A DNA stretch of 64,000 bases from Anthoceros angustus (lineage: Eukaryota > Plantae > Anthocerotophyta), in NCBI GenBank assembly GCA_010909165.1, contig VJWM01000106.1, forward strand, positions 1-64,000, in the 5' to 3' direction. Each line of letters begins with the position of its first letter. Position 1 is the stretch's first letter. The notes beneath the pieces were generated by a model, which did no database searches, was not told the DNA's origin, and worked only from the letters and a program-made list of their open reading frames with translations. Made by a program: the position numbers and the translations under genes. Shown piece by piece: positions 1 through 11,453 of this stretch.

Positions 1-906
1 ACACGAGGGCTTGGCGACTTTGGAGACCGAGGTGGCCGAATGGTATGAGGAGAGACGGGTCAGACAGACATAGCCCGACAAGCGAGTGAAGAGCACCGGG
101 ACCCACCCGTAGGGACCTTCCTTGGTGGGGCATCGGACGAGGAAGAGGGAGGCCTAATCCTACCAAAGGCACTTACAAGGGTAGGCACTATGGCGGCCGA
201 GGGAATTCATCTCGGAGGAGGGACAAGAAGAAGGGAGACAAGCCCGAGGGAAAACATGGAGCCACCTAAGTCCACGGTGGTGTGAAGAGGTAGTAGGTGA
301 ACCTCCTACTAATGGAACAAATGAGAGGAAAACCTCCCACTGATGGACTAGTAGAGGAGCACTCTACCAGACTGAGGGGAGATAGTCTCTTCCCAAGAGC
401 AGCCTTACCTAAGGAACGGCCGAGGTAGGAGGCGACACAGGGCAGTTAGATGGCGGTCCGAGTCGGGAGGAGGTGGCGATCGTCAAGATGAAAGGCGCGT
501 GGAGCTAGAAGAAGCGGCGAAACCTCTCTTAGGTAGGTAGGATGACCGCTAGAAACATTCTTTCTTTGGACACGACACTAATGTGGGACCCATATTTAAG
601 AGGGGACCCTACTTTGAGGGGAGTGGCGTGGATGACCGAGAGGTGGTCACAGGAGCTGGACCTTGCCTGTGGGGTCAAAGTCCGGATTGCGATTCGATTC
701 CCTCATGGGAATCAGGAGGTCATCCCGCATTTAAGATGCACATATTTTGAGAGACGCTCCACCTATAAAGGGGAGCCATGTAACCAATTCAATATCAATC
801 CTTGTGGCTCTTCTCCCTTGTTGTGCCCCATTGTGGCGGACCGACCCCGTCCACCAAAGCGACACGTCGAAACAAAGGAAGCAGGTTGATCGTAGGGAGC
901 TAAAGG

Positions 907-1077
907 TGTCGCGCAATGGCCGCATAGCTGCATGCTGGCGATTTCCGATTTCGCCCGCCCTGCGGTGCCTCGTCCTTGGCCTAAGGACACCAAGTTCTTC
1001 CTTGGCCTTTGGCCAAGGGCAACAAAGTTCACGGCCTTAGCCAGGAACAAGGCAAAGGAGGCATAAATAGCCTCCGA
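907..1077. repeat. Terminal repeat B2 (~170 bp), copy of 1659-1827
   Basis: Starts tgtcgcgcaat and ends ggaggcataaatagcctccga; aligns by eye with 1659-1827. Confidence 0.8.
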
Positions 1078-1086
1078 CCGCGAACA

Positions 1087-1656
1087 GTGAAGATCAAGTT
1101 GGTTGCGAGGCTCCCACTTGATAGTCAGTTCCCAAAAGTCACAAGAGAGAAATGAGACAAGCTGAGGGACAGTATGGCTGCCTTTCCATTCGAGACAAAC
1201 ATCTACAATCCAAGAATCCATGGTGGCGCCCACATATATAGGCAAAACCCCGAGTTCTCGATGAAGTGCCTCCTCGCTCGATGGTAGGCACTTTAGGTAT
1301 ATTATAATCCTACTTTCCTTGGCCTTGAATAAATAATAATGTTTATGAGTTCAACCATCTATTCGCCCTTTTCCTTGATTTACGATTTTATGTGTTTTTA
1401 ATATAGTTCCATGCCTATATATGCATCATGCCACCGTGCCTTACATACATGTATATAGATTGCATGTGTGACACATCATTCATAACATGTCCACATACAT
1501 CACATGTCATCCATCCATGCATACATACCATGTGCATGCCATCCATGGGCGATGCACATGCCACATCACACGCGCATCCAAATCAAGTGGCTTATGCCAA
1601 ATGGGATGCCAATCCAATGTCAATGTCTCATCGGTCTTGCTCATCGGTCCACGACA
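1087..1656. repeat. LTR-like repeat A2 (~570 bp), copy of 9757-10282
   Basis: Runs from gtgaagatcaagttggttgcgaggctcccacttg to ccacgaca, co-linear with 9757-10282. Confidence 0.9.
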
Positions 1657-1658
1657 GA

Positions 1659-1827
1659 TGTCAGCGCAATAGCCATATGGCGCATCTTGGCGATTCGACT
1701 GCGACTCCCGTGCGGCGGCAAACCGTCCTTGGCCTTTGGCGGACACAAGTTCTTCCTTGGCCTTTGGCCAGGGCAAAGTTCGGCCTTAGCCAAGGAACAA
1801 GGCAAAGGAGGCATAAATAGCCTCCGA
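1659..1827. repeat. Terminal repeat B1 (~170 bp)
   Basis: tgtcagcgcaat...ggaggcataaatagcctccga; separated from A2 by the dinucleotide GA (1657-1658). Confidence 0.8.
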
Positions 1828-1981
1828 TCACGACCCCGAAAATCGGGGTGAAAACCCGGCTTTTCCACACCAAAATGCCACAATCCGTGGCTGAAAACAC
1901 TTACCAAACCAAACCATCCTTTTTGCGGTGTGAGGTTAGGTGGAGGATGCATCACTCTCCAAGTCCTCATCATCCGATTCT

Positions 1982-2616
1982 TCAACGAGTTCGGGCTTGA
2001 TCTTCTTGAGCTTGACTCCAAGCGACAAACATCAAAATAGGACTCTGTGCGGCCTCCTCTCGGATAATCAAAAGCGGGTTTGGGGCAATGGATGACCATG
2101 TGTGGTTGGCTTGCGCGCAAGAAATGCCTTCCTCGAATCCCATCTGCTCAATGTAAGGGATCTTCAACTTGTCCACGATAAAATTGCCTAGGCCATCCAA
2201 CAACTGTGGCCTCTTGAGGTGATGGAAGAAGCGAGCCTCTTTCGGATAGACTAACCTCTCGCACTGTCTTCCCACATGATCAATTCCTTGGGCAACCTCA
2301 AATCAAACATTGATGCATGAAGAAGTGGTGCTGGATTTTTCGCACCCTTCACGATGCTGTCCATGTCCAAGACATGGCACGGAGTCCTGCTCAAACAAAT
2401 CACGGTGATGCATGGGGTGAATTCCACTCCACTCACACCGTGTGCGTCTCCACATACAGAACTCACGAGCTCCTTAAAACTGGAGGAATCCCTCTCGGTG
2501 ATCCGGTGAGATAGATCCCATTTGCTTGCGCCCTCGTTGTTGATCGGAGGCAGCGTCTTTGGAGATCTTTGCAAGTTGCACTTGCACACCTTTGGTGGCA
2601 CTACTTCAAACGGCAA
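1982..2616 (-). pseudogene. Unassigned coding-like region downstream of the PHD (possible pol C-terminal tail or extra ORF)
   Basis: Overlapping minus-strand ORFs 2251-2616 and 1982-2275 read as one frameshifted globular-looking protein; no motif recognised. Confidence 0.35.
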
Positions 2617-2736
2617 CTCGGGCGACGCTGCTCATGTTGCTCTTGTGTGTTATGAGGAGCCGTCCCTCGCTCCCGAGCCCCTTGTCCTAGCGGGCACCTC
2701 CTTCTCACGTGTGGCGTTGCATCACGGGTGTGGTGC

Positions 2737-3558
2737 TCACATGCGCCTGGGTTGAGGCTTCTTCCTCATCGCTTTGTGTGCTTCCGCCACTCGAGCTGCG
2801 TTGGTGAGCCTCCATCTCCTCTTCGGTGGCGTTGCTTTGGCCTCCCTCTCTTCGCTTGGGTGCTTGGACCCAAACACCGCACCTTCTTCGCTAATTGGTG
2901 CTAGCTTGTGGTCTGTGCCGCCCCCGCATATGGTTCGTAACTCGCTCCATCCAACTTGAACCAACTTTGCACACGATGCAGAAGCGAGCACTTGCTCTGT
3001 GATTGTCGAGCCCCCCAGCTGGGGAAGACTCCTCCAGCTGCGGCAAGACTGAATTTCTGGCGTCGTGCTCTCTTCCACAGTGCTGGCCTTGGTGTCACTA
3101 AATTCCTCGAGGAGGCGGACAATGCAAGCGGTGAGTGATTCGAGGCACTCTGAATAGCACCTCGCAGTTGCCTTGTTGGCGTTTCTGGCCTTGGCAACAA
3201 GGAATTCTGTTGGCGAGATACGCTCCGCACGAACTTTCCTCTTTTGCAACCTGCGCCTGTCATTCCTGCTCTCGTCCTCTTGTACCCATTCCAACACGAG
3301 TTGTCGCTGGAGTGTTACTCTCCAACTCCTGTTCAGGTACAGAAGGTACTTCTTCTTCATTACTCCCGTAGATAGAGCCATGGCTGCATGCAAACTTGTT
3401 GAATCACAATGTTCACATAGCCAATTCCCTTCCGGAATTTCCATCAGTGCAGGTGTTAGGCAGAAAATATGATAGCCTCTGTTGCACCTGTCACATAAGA
3501 GCATAAGCTCTTCATCCGTGGTGCCCGCATGCCTCAGGCAAATCCTGGTGGTACCCAT
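2737..3558 (-). CDS. pol: PHD finger plus basic/charged tail at the C-terminal end of pol
   Basis: [32 protein letters not shown] is a C4HC3 PHD core (about 3405-3535); the first CxxC is split by a frameshift near 3540. Confidence 0.9.
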   Translation of the reverse strand: MGTTRICLRHAGTTDEELMLLCDRCNRGYHIFCLTPALMEIPEGNWLCEHCDSTSLHAAMALSTGVMKKKYLLYLNRSWRVTLQRQLVLEWVQEDESRNDRRRLQKRKVRAERISPTEFLVAKARNANKATARCYSECLESLTACIVRLLEEFSDTKASTVEESTTPEIQSCRSWRSLPQLGGSTITEQVLASASCAKLVQVGWSELRTICGGGTDHKLAPISEEGAVFGSKHPSEEREAKATPPKRRWRLTNAARVAEAHKAMRKKPQPRRM

Positions 3559-3559
3559 G

Positions 3560-4690
3560 TTTGAGGAACAATTCTTGCATCAAGATTTGGCAAGTGACAT
3601 GGAGCTAAATGTTTCATATGCTCCTTGCATCTTCGCCATCCGTCCTTGAGTTCCACTACTCCTTGCTCACCCACATTTACCACCACGAGAATCAACCGGT
3701 CGACATCTAATGTGCTTGCTGGGTGCATGTTGTAGGTAAACATAATCTCCTGGTGCGAACTTCCTGGCCTTGGGCTTCCATGAGCCCCCCCGTGTGTGAG
3801 CATACCTCAACTGGTCTCTGTGTTGTGCAATCGCAAGATTGTCCATGGCCATGGGCAGAATCCTTCGGAACATTTCTGCTCTAGCTTGTACTTGCTGTAA
3901 GCATGCCTCCATATTCCTACTCCAGTCTACAGGAGTAGAATATTTGTCTTACACATTGGGCAAGCGCATTCCTTCCAAACAGTATGAATGAAACTTCCCA
4001 ATCTTTTACTCACTCTATAACCCAACACAATATAGGAAGTAATTCATCCCGGCACTTGGGTTCCACAGTGATGCAGTACTTCACGAGGCGTCGAATGTCG
4101 AACCAACCTTTGCGGACCATCGCTTGAGGATGATCCCTAGGCGTTCTCCTGATCAATCGGACTTCATCCGACGCGTCTGAAATTCTCCTCTGAATTCATT
4201 GCCTTGATCAGTGAGCACCTCCGCACAACTTCCAAATCTGCTTAGCACACACTGCAGAAAGGCTCTGCTGGTGTAATATGAGGTTCTTTGGCGGAAATGC
4301 TACCTCCACCCACTTGGAGAAGTGCTCAATCATCACCATACGATGTGATTTCCTTGCTTTGTCAATGGTAGTTCCGGCATCAAGTCCACCGACCACGAAA
4401 AACAAACCCCGGATTGGTAAAGTGTAACACAACATCTTGTGTGTTAAACAGCCTTCACTGCATCACGCGTGACTAGCCACCACTCTTTCCACATCGCATA
4501 CATGCGGACCAATATGTGGTCTTGACATGTGGTGTGTCCTTTTACACCAAAGTGACCTAGTGTTTCATGCACTTTAATCACAATCCCTGTCCTTTCTTCA
4601 GGACTTGGCACCTTCTTTACAACCTCTCCTTCCTGTGAGTCTCCATCCTCTATCGGCCACTCGTCTCGTAGTCGGCGCTTGCACGACATT
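3560..4690 (-). CDS. pol: Gypsy integrase (frameshifted)
   Basis: HETLGHFGV (HHCC zinc finger), [23 protein letters not shown] (about 4180-4220), [10 protein letters not shown]-terminal module. Confidence 0.9.
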
Positions 4691-4899
4691 AGGTCTGACC
4701 TTCTTTGAGCGGTACGCTTGTGAATGCCTCGGATGTCCCACAGCTAAGATCGGCTCTCCTCCTGCACCTTGCCATGAGTGCCATGGCTGCTGGGCACATT
4801 TTCCATGTGTCCTAGGTCTCGTGCTCGTGGCATCCGATTCGCATGGATTCCTACTCAAACCATGCATTGTGGTGCACCTTGCCTATGCACGATTTCCAT

Positions 4900-5250
4900 G
4901 TCATATTCGACAGACAATGCCCACGGCTTCCGCTCAACTTCATGTTGGTCATGAGCCAATGAAGTGGTTGATGATCCGTCACCAACTGGAAACGCCTTCC
5001 AAGCGGATAAATTAAATGCAACACGCCCACTGCAAGACACTCTCCTTCATATGAGGTAGTTTACCTCTGCGGTTGTTGGATCCTTGCATAAGCCACAACT
5101 CGCTCCATTCCTTCGTCGATTTGCGATCGCCTATCCTCGCAATACTCCAATCCGTTACTGGAACAAAGCGGCTTCTCAAAGTCTGGTCTAACCAGCATGG
5201 GCTTCTCAGCCAATTGATCCCTTAGATCTTGCCAGGCTAGCTCCTATTCT
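4900..5250 (-). CDS. pol: RNase H (frameshifted)
   Basis: LAEKPMLVRPDFEKP, TDWS, ERVVAYA, SYEGECLAV and RFQLVTDHQPLHWLM read across frames. Confidence 0.85.
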
Positions 5251-5379
5251 TGATCCCAATTCCAAGTTACCTCCTTCTTCAGCATCTCGTACAAGGGTTT
5301 GCATGTGGAACGTAGGTCTTTCATAAACCTCCTGTAGTAGTTCACCAACCCAGCTCTAAGATGCCACATCCTTGGGCCT

Positions 5380-5960
5380 AGGCATCATCACGGCTGCACC
5401 TTAGCCAAGCTGCGGCATGATTCCTCCGGCACAATTTCATGTCCAAGATACTCAATCCGCTTGAATGCAAATTTGCACTTTTTGGATGAGCTTTCAAGCG
5501 ATTTGGACAATCTTTGCAGTCTCCGGATGATCCATATGTTCCTCGATGGTGTCTGAAAACTAGGATGTCGTCGTAACAACGCACAAGCGGCGGATCCTGC
5601 GGCTCAAGTCGCAATTCTGAAATATATGGAAGCATTTTTCAGCCGAAGGGCATAGTCTCCCATTCCCAAAGCTGATCCTTTCCCGAGCCGTTTTGCTCTT
5701 GTCCTCAATCCTCAATCTGATCGGTTGAAAGCGGAAATCCAAAGTGGTAAAGTACTTTGCCTTACCAATTGCATCAAAAATCTCATCTGGAGTAGGCATG
5801 GGATACCGTTCCATCAGTTACTCGTTGAGGTCGATAGTCCCCACACATTCGCCTATCTTTCCACTCGCCATTTTCGTCCTTCTTGATGGGAGACGTTGCG
5901 GGACATATTCGAGCTTGATTTCGAATCAATCACCTCAAAGCGACTCGACAACGCTTGTCC
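5380..5960 (-). CDS. pol: Reverse transcriptase (frameshifted)
   Basis: RYPMPTPDEIFDAIGKAKYFTTLD, EDKSKTA, CYDDILVF (YxDD), KCKFAFKRIEYLGH. Confidence 0.9.
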
Positions 5961-6309
5961 ACAATTTCCCACTCTGGACTCAACCTATGCCTTCTTGAAG
6001 ATAGGCTCGAGAGTGGTAACAATCTTGAACTTGATCTTTTCGTACCTTCCTAGCTCATTCCAATGAGCATAAAAGCACCTTTTTTTTCGAGCATGTCGAT
6101 GATCTTTTGTTTGTCCTGGGTGGCGTCTTCATCAATCTTCCACGTGAACCTCCTTGGTGACACTCTTGGTTACAAACTCTGTTTCCACAGCCATGCCAAA
6201 CATGTCTTGGGTTCCTTCCCTTTCATCCGCCTTGCCGGCTTTCCATCTTCCTGCAGCGATGGCTCTTTTTCCTTCACCTCCACCGAAATGCCAATCCGGT
6301 GCTCACTAA

Positions 6310-7165
6310 CCACCTTAAGTATATAGATCGAATGCGGCAACTTGTGTTTGGACGCCTCACTCACACCCATGGTGCGTGCCCTTCTTGGCAAACCCATGGC
6401 TTGTTCGTTCCTCAACATTGAGCTCTCCTAGCTCCTCTCCCTTTGAGTCTAGGATCATGCCATCTCCTCCTCGCTTTGAATCGTGGGATTGTGGCGTGCT
6501 TACCAAAGTCGGCCACGCCCTCCCGGCTTCACCAACTCATTCCTTTGGATAAAGCGGAAGTTTGTCCATCTTCTTGACTTCTTTGCGAGTACCTTTACGG
6601 TTCCATGATTTCACTACGGTCTTATGGAACCATGAGTGTTCTATGTTGTCTCGGTGTCTCAAGTCCACGCATTGGTCCGATGCTGCGAATCCTGCGTAAG
6701 AGCCACGCATCAATGACCAGCTCATTGCGAACCATGATCGGACCTCCTCATACATCGTTCGGCGGTAGGACGCTTGTCCAACGCTCCACACACACGTTTT
6801 CCGGTATGTACCAGCATCGGGATTCACAAGTTGAACCTCACGACAACCGCGCGACCTCGGACAAGGGAAACACCGCCCTTTCCTCTTCCACCCGAGAAGG
6901 TCTTACACTCCCATCCTGCGATGATCATATCCACTTTGGGGCGGAGCTTGCGGTTTCCTTCCCACAAGCTTGATCCGTGGGCGCTGCTCGACAACCTCTC
7001 ACTGCGTCTTCTCTTAAGAGATGGAAATAACTTGCACACGAGAATTCGATTTGCCACGACTCTAGCCTTCTCGTCCTTTTCCACAGTGTAGCGCAAACCT
7101 TGATGCCACATTGAAGCACCGCCTCAATCTTGATTCACGAGCACAATTCAACAAGTGAATTCCTT
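6310..7165 (-). CDS. C5 cytosine DNA methyltransferase domain embedded in pol
   Basis: Ordered motifs across frames: I VELCS (7138-7152), II VEKDEKARVVA, IV VDMIIAGWECKTFS (6905-6931), VI YIPENV (6793-6801), VIII LVIDA..GSYA..R.R..TN (about 6675-6720), IX EQAMGLP (6386-6406), X-like region near 6315-6345. Confidence 0.85.
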
Positions 7166-7599
7166 GAACTTGCTCTCCATCGCACTCGAATCATTGATTC
7201 GCCTTCCCTCCGTCTTGGCGGGCTTCATGTTTGTATGGATCTCTCGGACATGTGTCGGTGAGATTCCGCAGGCGATTCTCCTTTCGTTTTCTCGAACCCT
7301 TGCCTCCTCAAGGTGCTCAGAGCGCGCGATCTTCAGCACTCCCTTCCGCTCTGCGGGTTTCGGTGCTTCCTGAGAGGACAACTCCTCTGTCTCTTCCCAC
7401 ATCTCGTGTCTGTGCTCAATTTGAGCGCTGGAAGCCATCCTGCTGTCTGGACCATCTCGCCGCGGCTTGCTGGCCTCCTTCACAGTCTTATCGTTCCTTC
7501 TACCACTTTTGCTCATGTTCAAGGGAATAGTTGCAATTCGCGAGAAATCCCCTTGCTTCCATGATCGATAGAAGGCTTCTTCATACAGTGGATCAACTC

Positions 7600-7900
7600 C
7601 CATGGCGGGGCCATGTGTAGCATCCGCCCTAACACATCGTGGGACGTGGCACGGTCACCAAACCGAACCTCCATTGTGGTCGCATCCTCATGCCTTCAAC
7701 TCGATCTTGATCGGTTTCTGGTCATCCCCATCACCATTTCCTTCGCCTGAGTAGTGATGCTTCGCACCGGTACCACGCTTTAGCTTGAGAGCACGAGCTG
7801 TCTTGGATCTGCTCCGGTGTCCACCACGTTGGCGGTGCAAATCAAATCAAAGGTAATTTCCGGTTTTGTTGTCAATCATGGCAACACCTCCTTTACCGCG
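7600..7900 (-). CDS. pol: Retroviral-type aspartic protease
   Basis: Reverse complement of 7808-7830 reads NVVDTGAD (DTG active-site motif). Confidence 0.75.
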
Positions 7901-8099
7901 TTCGGGCTTTAGATGGTCTCCTCGCAGGGCACATCAAGCTCTGTTGGACTTCTCGGTTCTATCTCTTTCGATCCATTCCTCATGATCTTCTTGAAATGTG
8001 AACTCTTGAGTCAAGTTCCGACAAATTGACCACGGAACCTCCATGGCCTTCTCCAGCTACATCCACCTCGGGTTAGAAGCCACACAATAGTACCATCAT

Positions 8100-9300
8100 C
8101 CACCTAAAACTTTCGGGCATTTTGCTTTGCTCTCGTTGACGTGTCCTTGGCAGTAACCCCTTCTCCGAGGTCAAGTGGGGTCTTCTTCTTCTTCTTGCGA
8201 ATCGCCACCATGCCATACACTTCTTCATCCGAGTCAGAGAAAAGAATGCGTGACTCTGACATGCTGGCCATGTTAGCCATTTGCTTCTGCATCTCTTCTA
8301 CTTGCGCAAGAAGAGCCTTGCGACTAGGGCCTTTGCCCTTCTCCTTTTCACTGCCCATTACCTTGGGCTTGAGCTCTGGATGAGCCTCCCAACATGCGGC
8401 TTCCATGTGGCCCCATCGACCACAAGCCTTGCAAACCTCCTTGCCCTTCGGGCCTCCAGGTCTGAAGTCACATTCAAATGACTTGTGCACCACGGCACCT
8501 ACATTTGATGGCCGCGACTGCGTTGTTATTTGGTCTCTCCTTACAGGGTGATTGTTTGGTGACCGAGGGGACCAAATCGCTCACGACCCTTATCTTTGGA
8601 ATCTGGATCCTCCTTGTCGAGCCGTAAGTCTTCGATCAAATTGTGATCCTCCAGGTATGCTTGACTGACAGCATCCCCTTTTAGCACCTTCTCCGCAATC
8701 TTGTAGGCGTCGGTCAAACCATACTTTTCTCCATGAGCACCATGAAGAGCATCCATTACCTTCCTTGCATGTGGCATCGCAGCCATGAAAATTTCAGCAG
8801 CCTCCGCATGGTCTTCACATCCGTGTCCTCCACCAAGATCTTGATCGATGTATGGCCCTCGGTCTCATTGGACTTGAAGCTAAAGCAGTCGACTCTGAAT
8901 CTTCTCCAAGGGCGATGTTGGAAACATGTCCTTCAATCTTTCAAACATGAGATCAACCAAATGCTCTAGCTCGTCTTCCTTGGGAGTGAGTGGCTTGCCG
9001 CAACTCCTGCTGCAAGTTCTGCTTCGTTTCTCCGCCGATGCCAAGATGTCCTTCTTCGTCTCAGTACATCAACGCCTCACGCGGATATTCGACATCTTCA
9101 TGAGTGCCATTCTCGGGTGAGCCATCCTTGTACTTCATCTTGTTTTCGCCATTCCCAGTGAACTTCTCCTCAAAATCCGTGACATGCTCCCATGTTTTCC
9201 GGTGAAAACATCATTCTTCTTGCGTACTCTCCAGTTCCATTTGAATCGGCTCTTCGCTCCAGTCTCAAGCGAGATCTCGTGATGGGCGTGTTGTCTCTGT
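8100..9300 (-). CDS. gag: Gag with CCHC zinc knuckle (frameshifted)
   Basis: CKACGRWGHMEAAC (CX2CX4HX4C) in ORF 8104-8493; position upstream of the protease. The 5' limit is approximate. Confidence 0.75.
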
Positions 9301-9756
9301 CTTGGTCAGCGTCCTTTTGAAAGGTGATCCGTGGATCTTTTGTCCCTTTCTAGAGCGATGAGGCGGTGTCCCCGTTACTCGGCTGACCTCAAAAATACCA
9401 TCGATCATCCGCCTATGCTTGACAATCGAGGAATGTTGTCAACGGCAATCCTCTGCCCCAAACTAGCTAAGAAAAGCAGTGTCTACGGTTTCTATCCGAG
9501 CGCTCCACACATATGCGGGACTACGTCGGTGAGCCTAGCCAACTCGCAATGGTCGATTCGGACTAAGTGCGTGAAATCGATGGTAGAATTCCTATCCGAA
9601 GTCATTCACTTATCTGGTGGAGCCTCGTTCTTGGCGCTCCGCCATGGTTAGTCGCTCCAGGCTGGAAGATGATCGATTTCCGCCTCCTCCGGTCTCGTCC
9701 CAATGTCCTCCAATGCGGTAGTCTCGGTTCTCCAAGCAACAAGGATTGTAGATGTG

Positions 9757-10282
9757 GTGAGATCAAGTTGGTTGCGAGGCTCCCACTTGATAGCGGTTCC
9801 CAAAAGTCACAAGAGAGAAATGAGACAAAAGGGACAGTATGGCTGCCTTTCCATTCGACAAACATCTACAATCCAAGAATCCATGGTGGGCGCCCACATA
9901 TATAGGCAAAACCCCAGAGTTCTCGATGAAGTGCCTCCTCGTTCTCGATGGTAGGCACTTTAGGTATTTATAATCCTACTTTCCTTGGCCTTCGAACAAA
10001 TAATAATGTTTATGTGTTCAACCATCTATTCGCCCTTTTCCTTGATTTACGATTTTTATGTATTTTCTAATATAGATCCGATGTCTATATATGCATCATA
10101 GCGCGTGCCTTACATACAATCATGTACATAGATTACATGCATGACACATCATTCATCATCCATCCGACATGCACATACATCACATGCACATCGGCATCCA
10201 AATCAAGTGGCTTATGCCAAGTGGGATGCCAATCAGTCAATGTCAATGTCTCATCAGTCTTGCTCTGTCCGATTCCACGACA
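9757..10282. repeat. LTR-like repeat A1 (5' end of the element on its coding strand)
   Basis: Co-linear with 1087-1656; ends ccacgaca. No B repeat and no TGG-type PBS on its internal side. Confidence 0.9.
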
Positions 10283-10844
10283 GCATAGGAGGCGTAGCGT
10301 CCCCCCTACCGGTTCACCTTCCTTGTCAGATTTCACCTTAGGATCATTTGTGTGCTTGTTGCTTGTTGGCATCTTCGAGGCACTAATGTCGAGACTCGTT
10401 TGGAGCAACATCGGCTTCCAAGAGTGCCACGTTATAGGCAATCTCATGGCTACCCAGCGAAAATCCTTCGATTTCAATCACTCTAGGCGTTCATGCCATA
10501 AGGGCGACTTGAGTGGTTGGTGAGGATAGATTTAGTGGATTGTTGTGGAAGAAGGTATGAGATTGAGTTATCGGGATATTGTCCTTGTAGTGTTTTTCTG
10601 TGTTCTTGGAAGCTAGAGGAATCTGGAAGGCTCAACTTGGGGCCGTGGGCCAGTAGACCCAAAACCCATATTCGGTGAGGCAATTGGTAATAGAGAAGTA
10701 GTTGAGAGAGAACGTGAGAATCGACCCCTCAGGATAAGCGTATCCAGACAAGTCTGTTGGGATTGAACCCACGTATTCGACGAATGTAGGATAAGTGTAG
10801 CCACTGGGGCTAGCTCTGGGTGACCAGGGCGAATCCACCACAAC

Positions 10845-11453
10845 GATGCAGCTGCAGAAATTGCAGCCATTCACAATGTATGGGGTGTGATAGTTCCAGT
10901 GTTGTTATGCTTGTGGCATGTCAGAAAGTGCTGGTTACGACATTTGTTGTTGAAGGTCCGGAATTGAGAAGTTCGGGTTGCAATCTTCCAGTGCCTTAGT
11001 CACATTATGTACCTATCCCGGCGGTGGCAAACTGAAGATGAGGCCCACAAAATGCTGCAACAAGTGTATGTAGATTTTGGAGACAGCACTCCGAGTTTCA
11101 TTGAGTATTTCAAGAAACAATGGCACATTGTGCTTCCCTTATGGGTAAAGGGTATCAGAACTATGAGGCACGCAGGCCAAGATTGTAACTATGCTATCGA
11201 AGCTTGGCATGGGTTTTTGAAGTCTTTGTTGTGCCATGATTTTGTTAGGCTGTGAGGAAGACGGTTGGATTGGTTGCTCTATACTCTCGTGGAAACAGTA
11301 AGCAAAATCTATTGGTATAAGCATTTCACAAAGGAGCATGGATTCAGGTACAATGCAAGGGAAGCAACAATCGTGGACAATGCAATCTTGGGTTTCCAAT
11401 CCATTCCCGACTCAGCTATCACATTACCAACCACAATTGATGGACCAACTTTT
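10845..11453 (+). pseudogene. Mutator-like (MULE) transposase, C-terminal part, fragment 1
   Basis: DAAAEIAAIHNVW..VLLCLWHVRKCW (CxxH motif), FIEYFKKQW..W, NYAIEAWHGFLK, RRLDWLLYTL. Confidence 0.75.

Larger units (their letters stand above)
907..10282 (-). mobile_element. Ty3/Gypsy-type retrotransposon carrying a DNA methyltransferase and PHD finger, with split direct repeats
   Basis: Minus-strand order gag(CCHC)-PR-DNMT-RT-RH-INT-PHD (integrase after RNase H is Gypsy order). Termini TGTC at 907 and GACA at 10282; repeats at both ends. No clear PBS, PPT or TSD. Confidence 0.9.

Noticed and set aside
1-906. Gene in the left flank (ORF 542-889) and in 10283-10840
   Set aside because: No recognisable motif; possibly two halves of one interrupted repeat, but the join could not be supported.
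1659-2737. Tyrosine recombinase expected from the split-repeat layout
   Set aside because: No R...HxxR...Y pattern found by eye; the element has a DDE integrase instead. A remote-homology search is still advisable.
3320-3380. Chromodomain after the PHD (KKKYLLY...W)
   Set aside because: Only the YL motif is similar; the W.G and TWEP elements are missing.
2737-9300. Programmed ribosomal frameshifts in gag-pol
   Set aside because: Frameshifts are numerous and occur in every gene in the window, which fits sequencing error or decay.
9748-9760. TGTAGATG as the true LTR start of a conventional LTR pair
   Set aside because: It is not shared with the 1087 copy, and no PBS or PPT lies at the positions this would predict.
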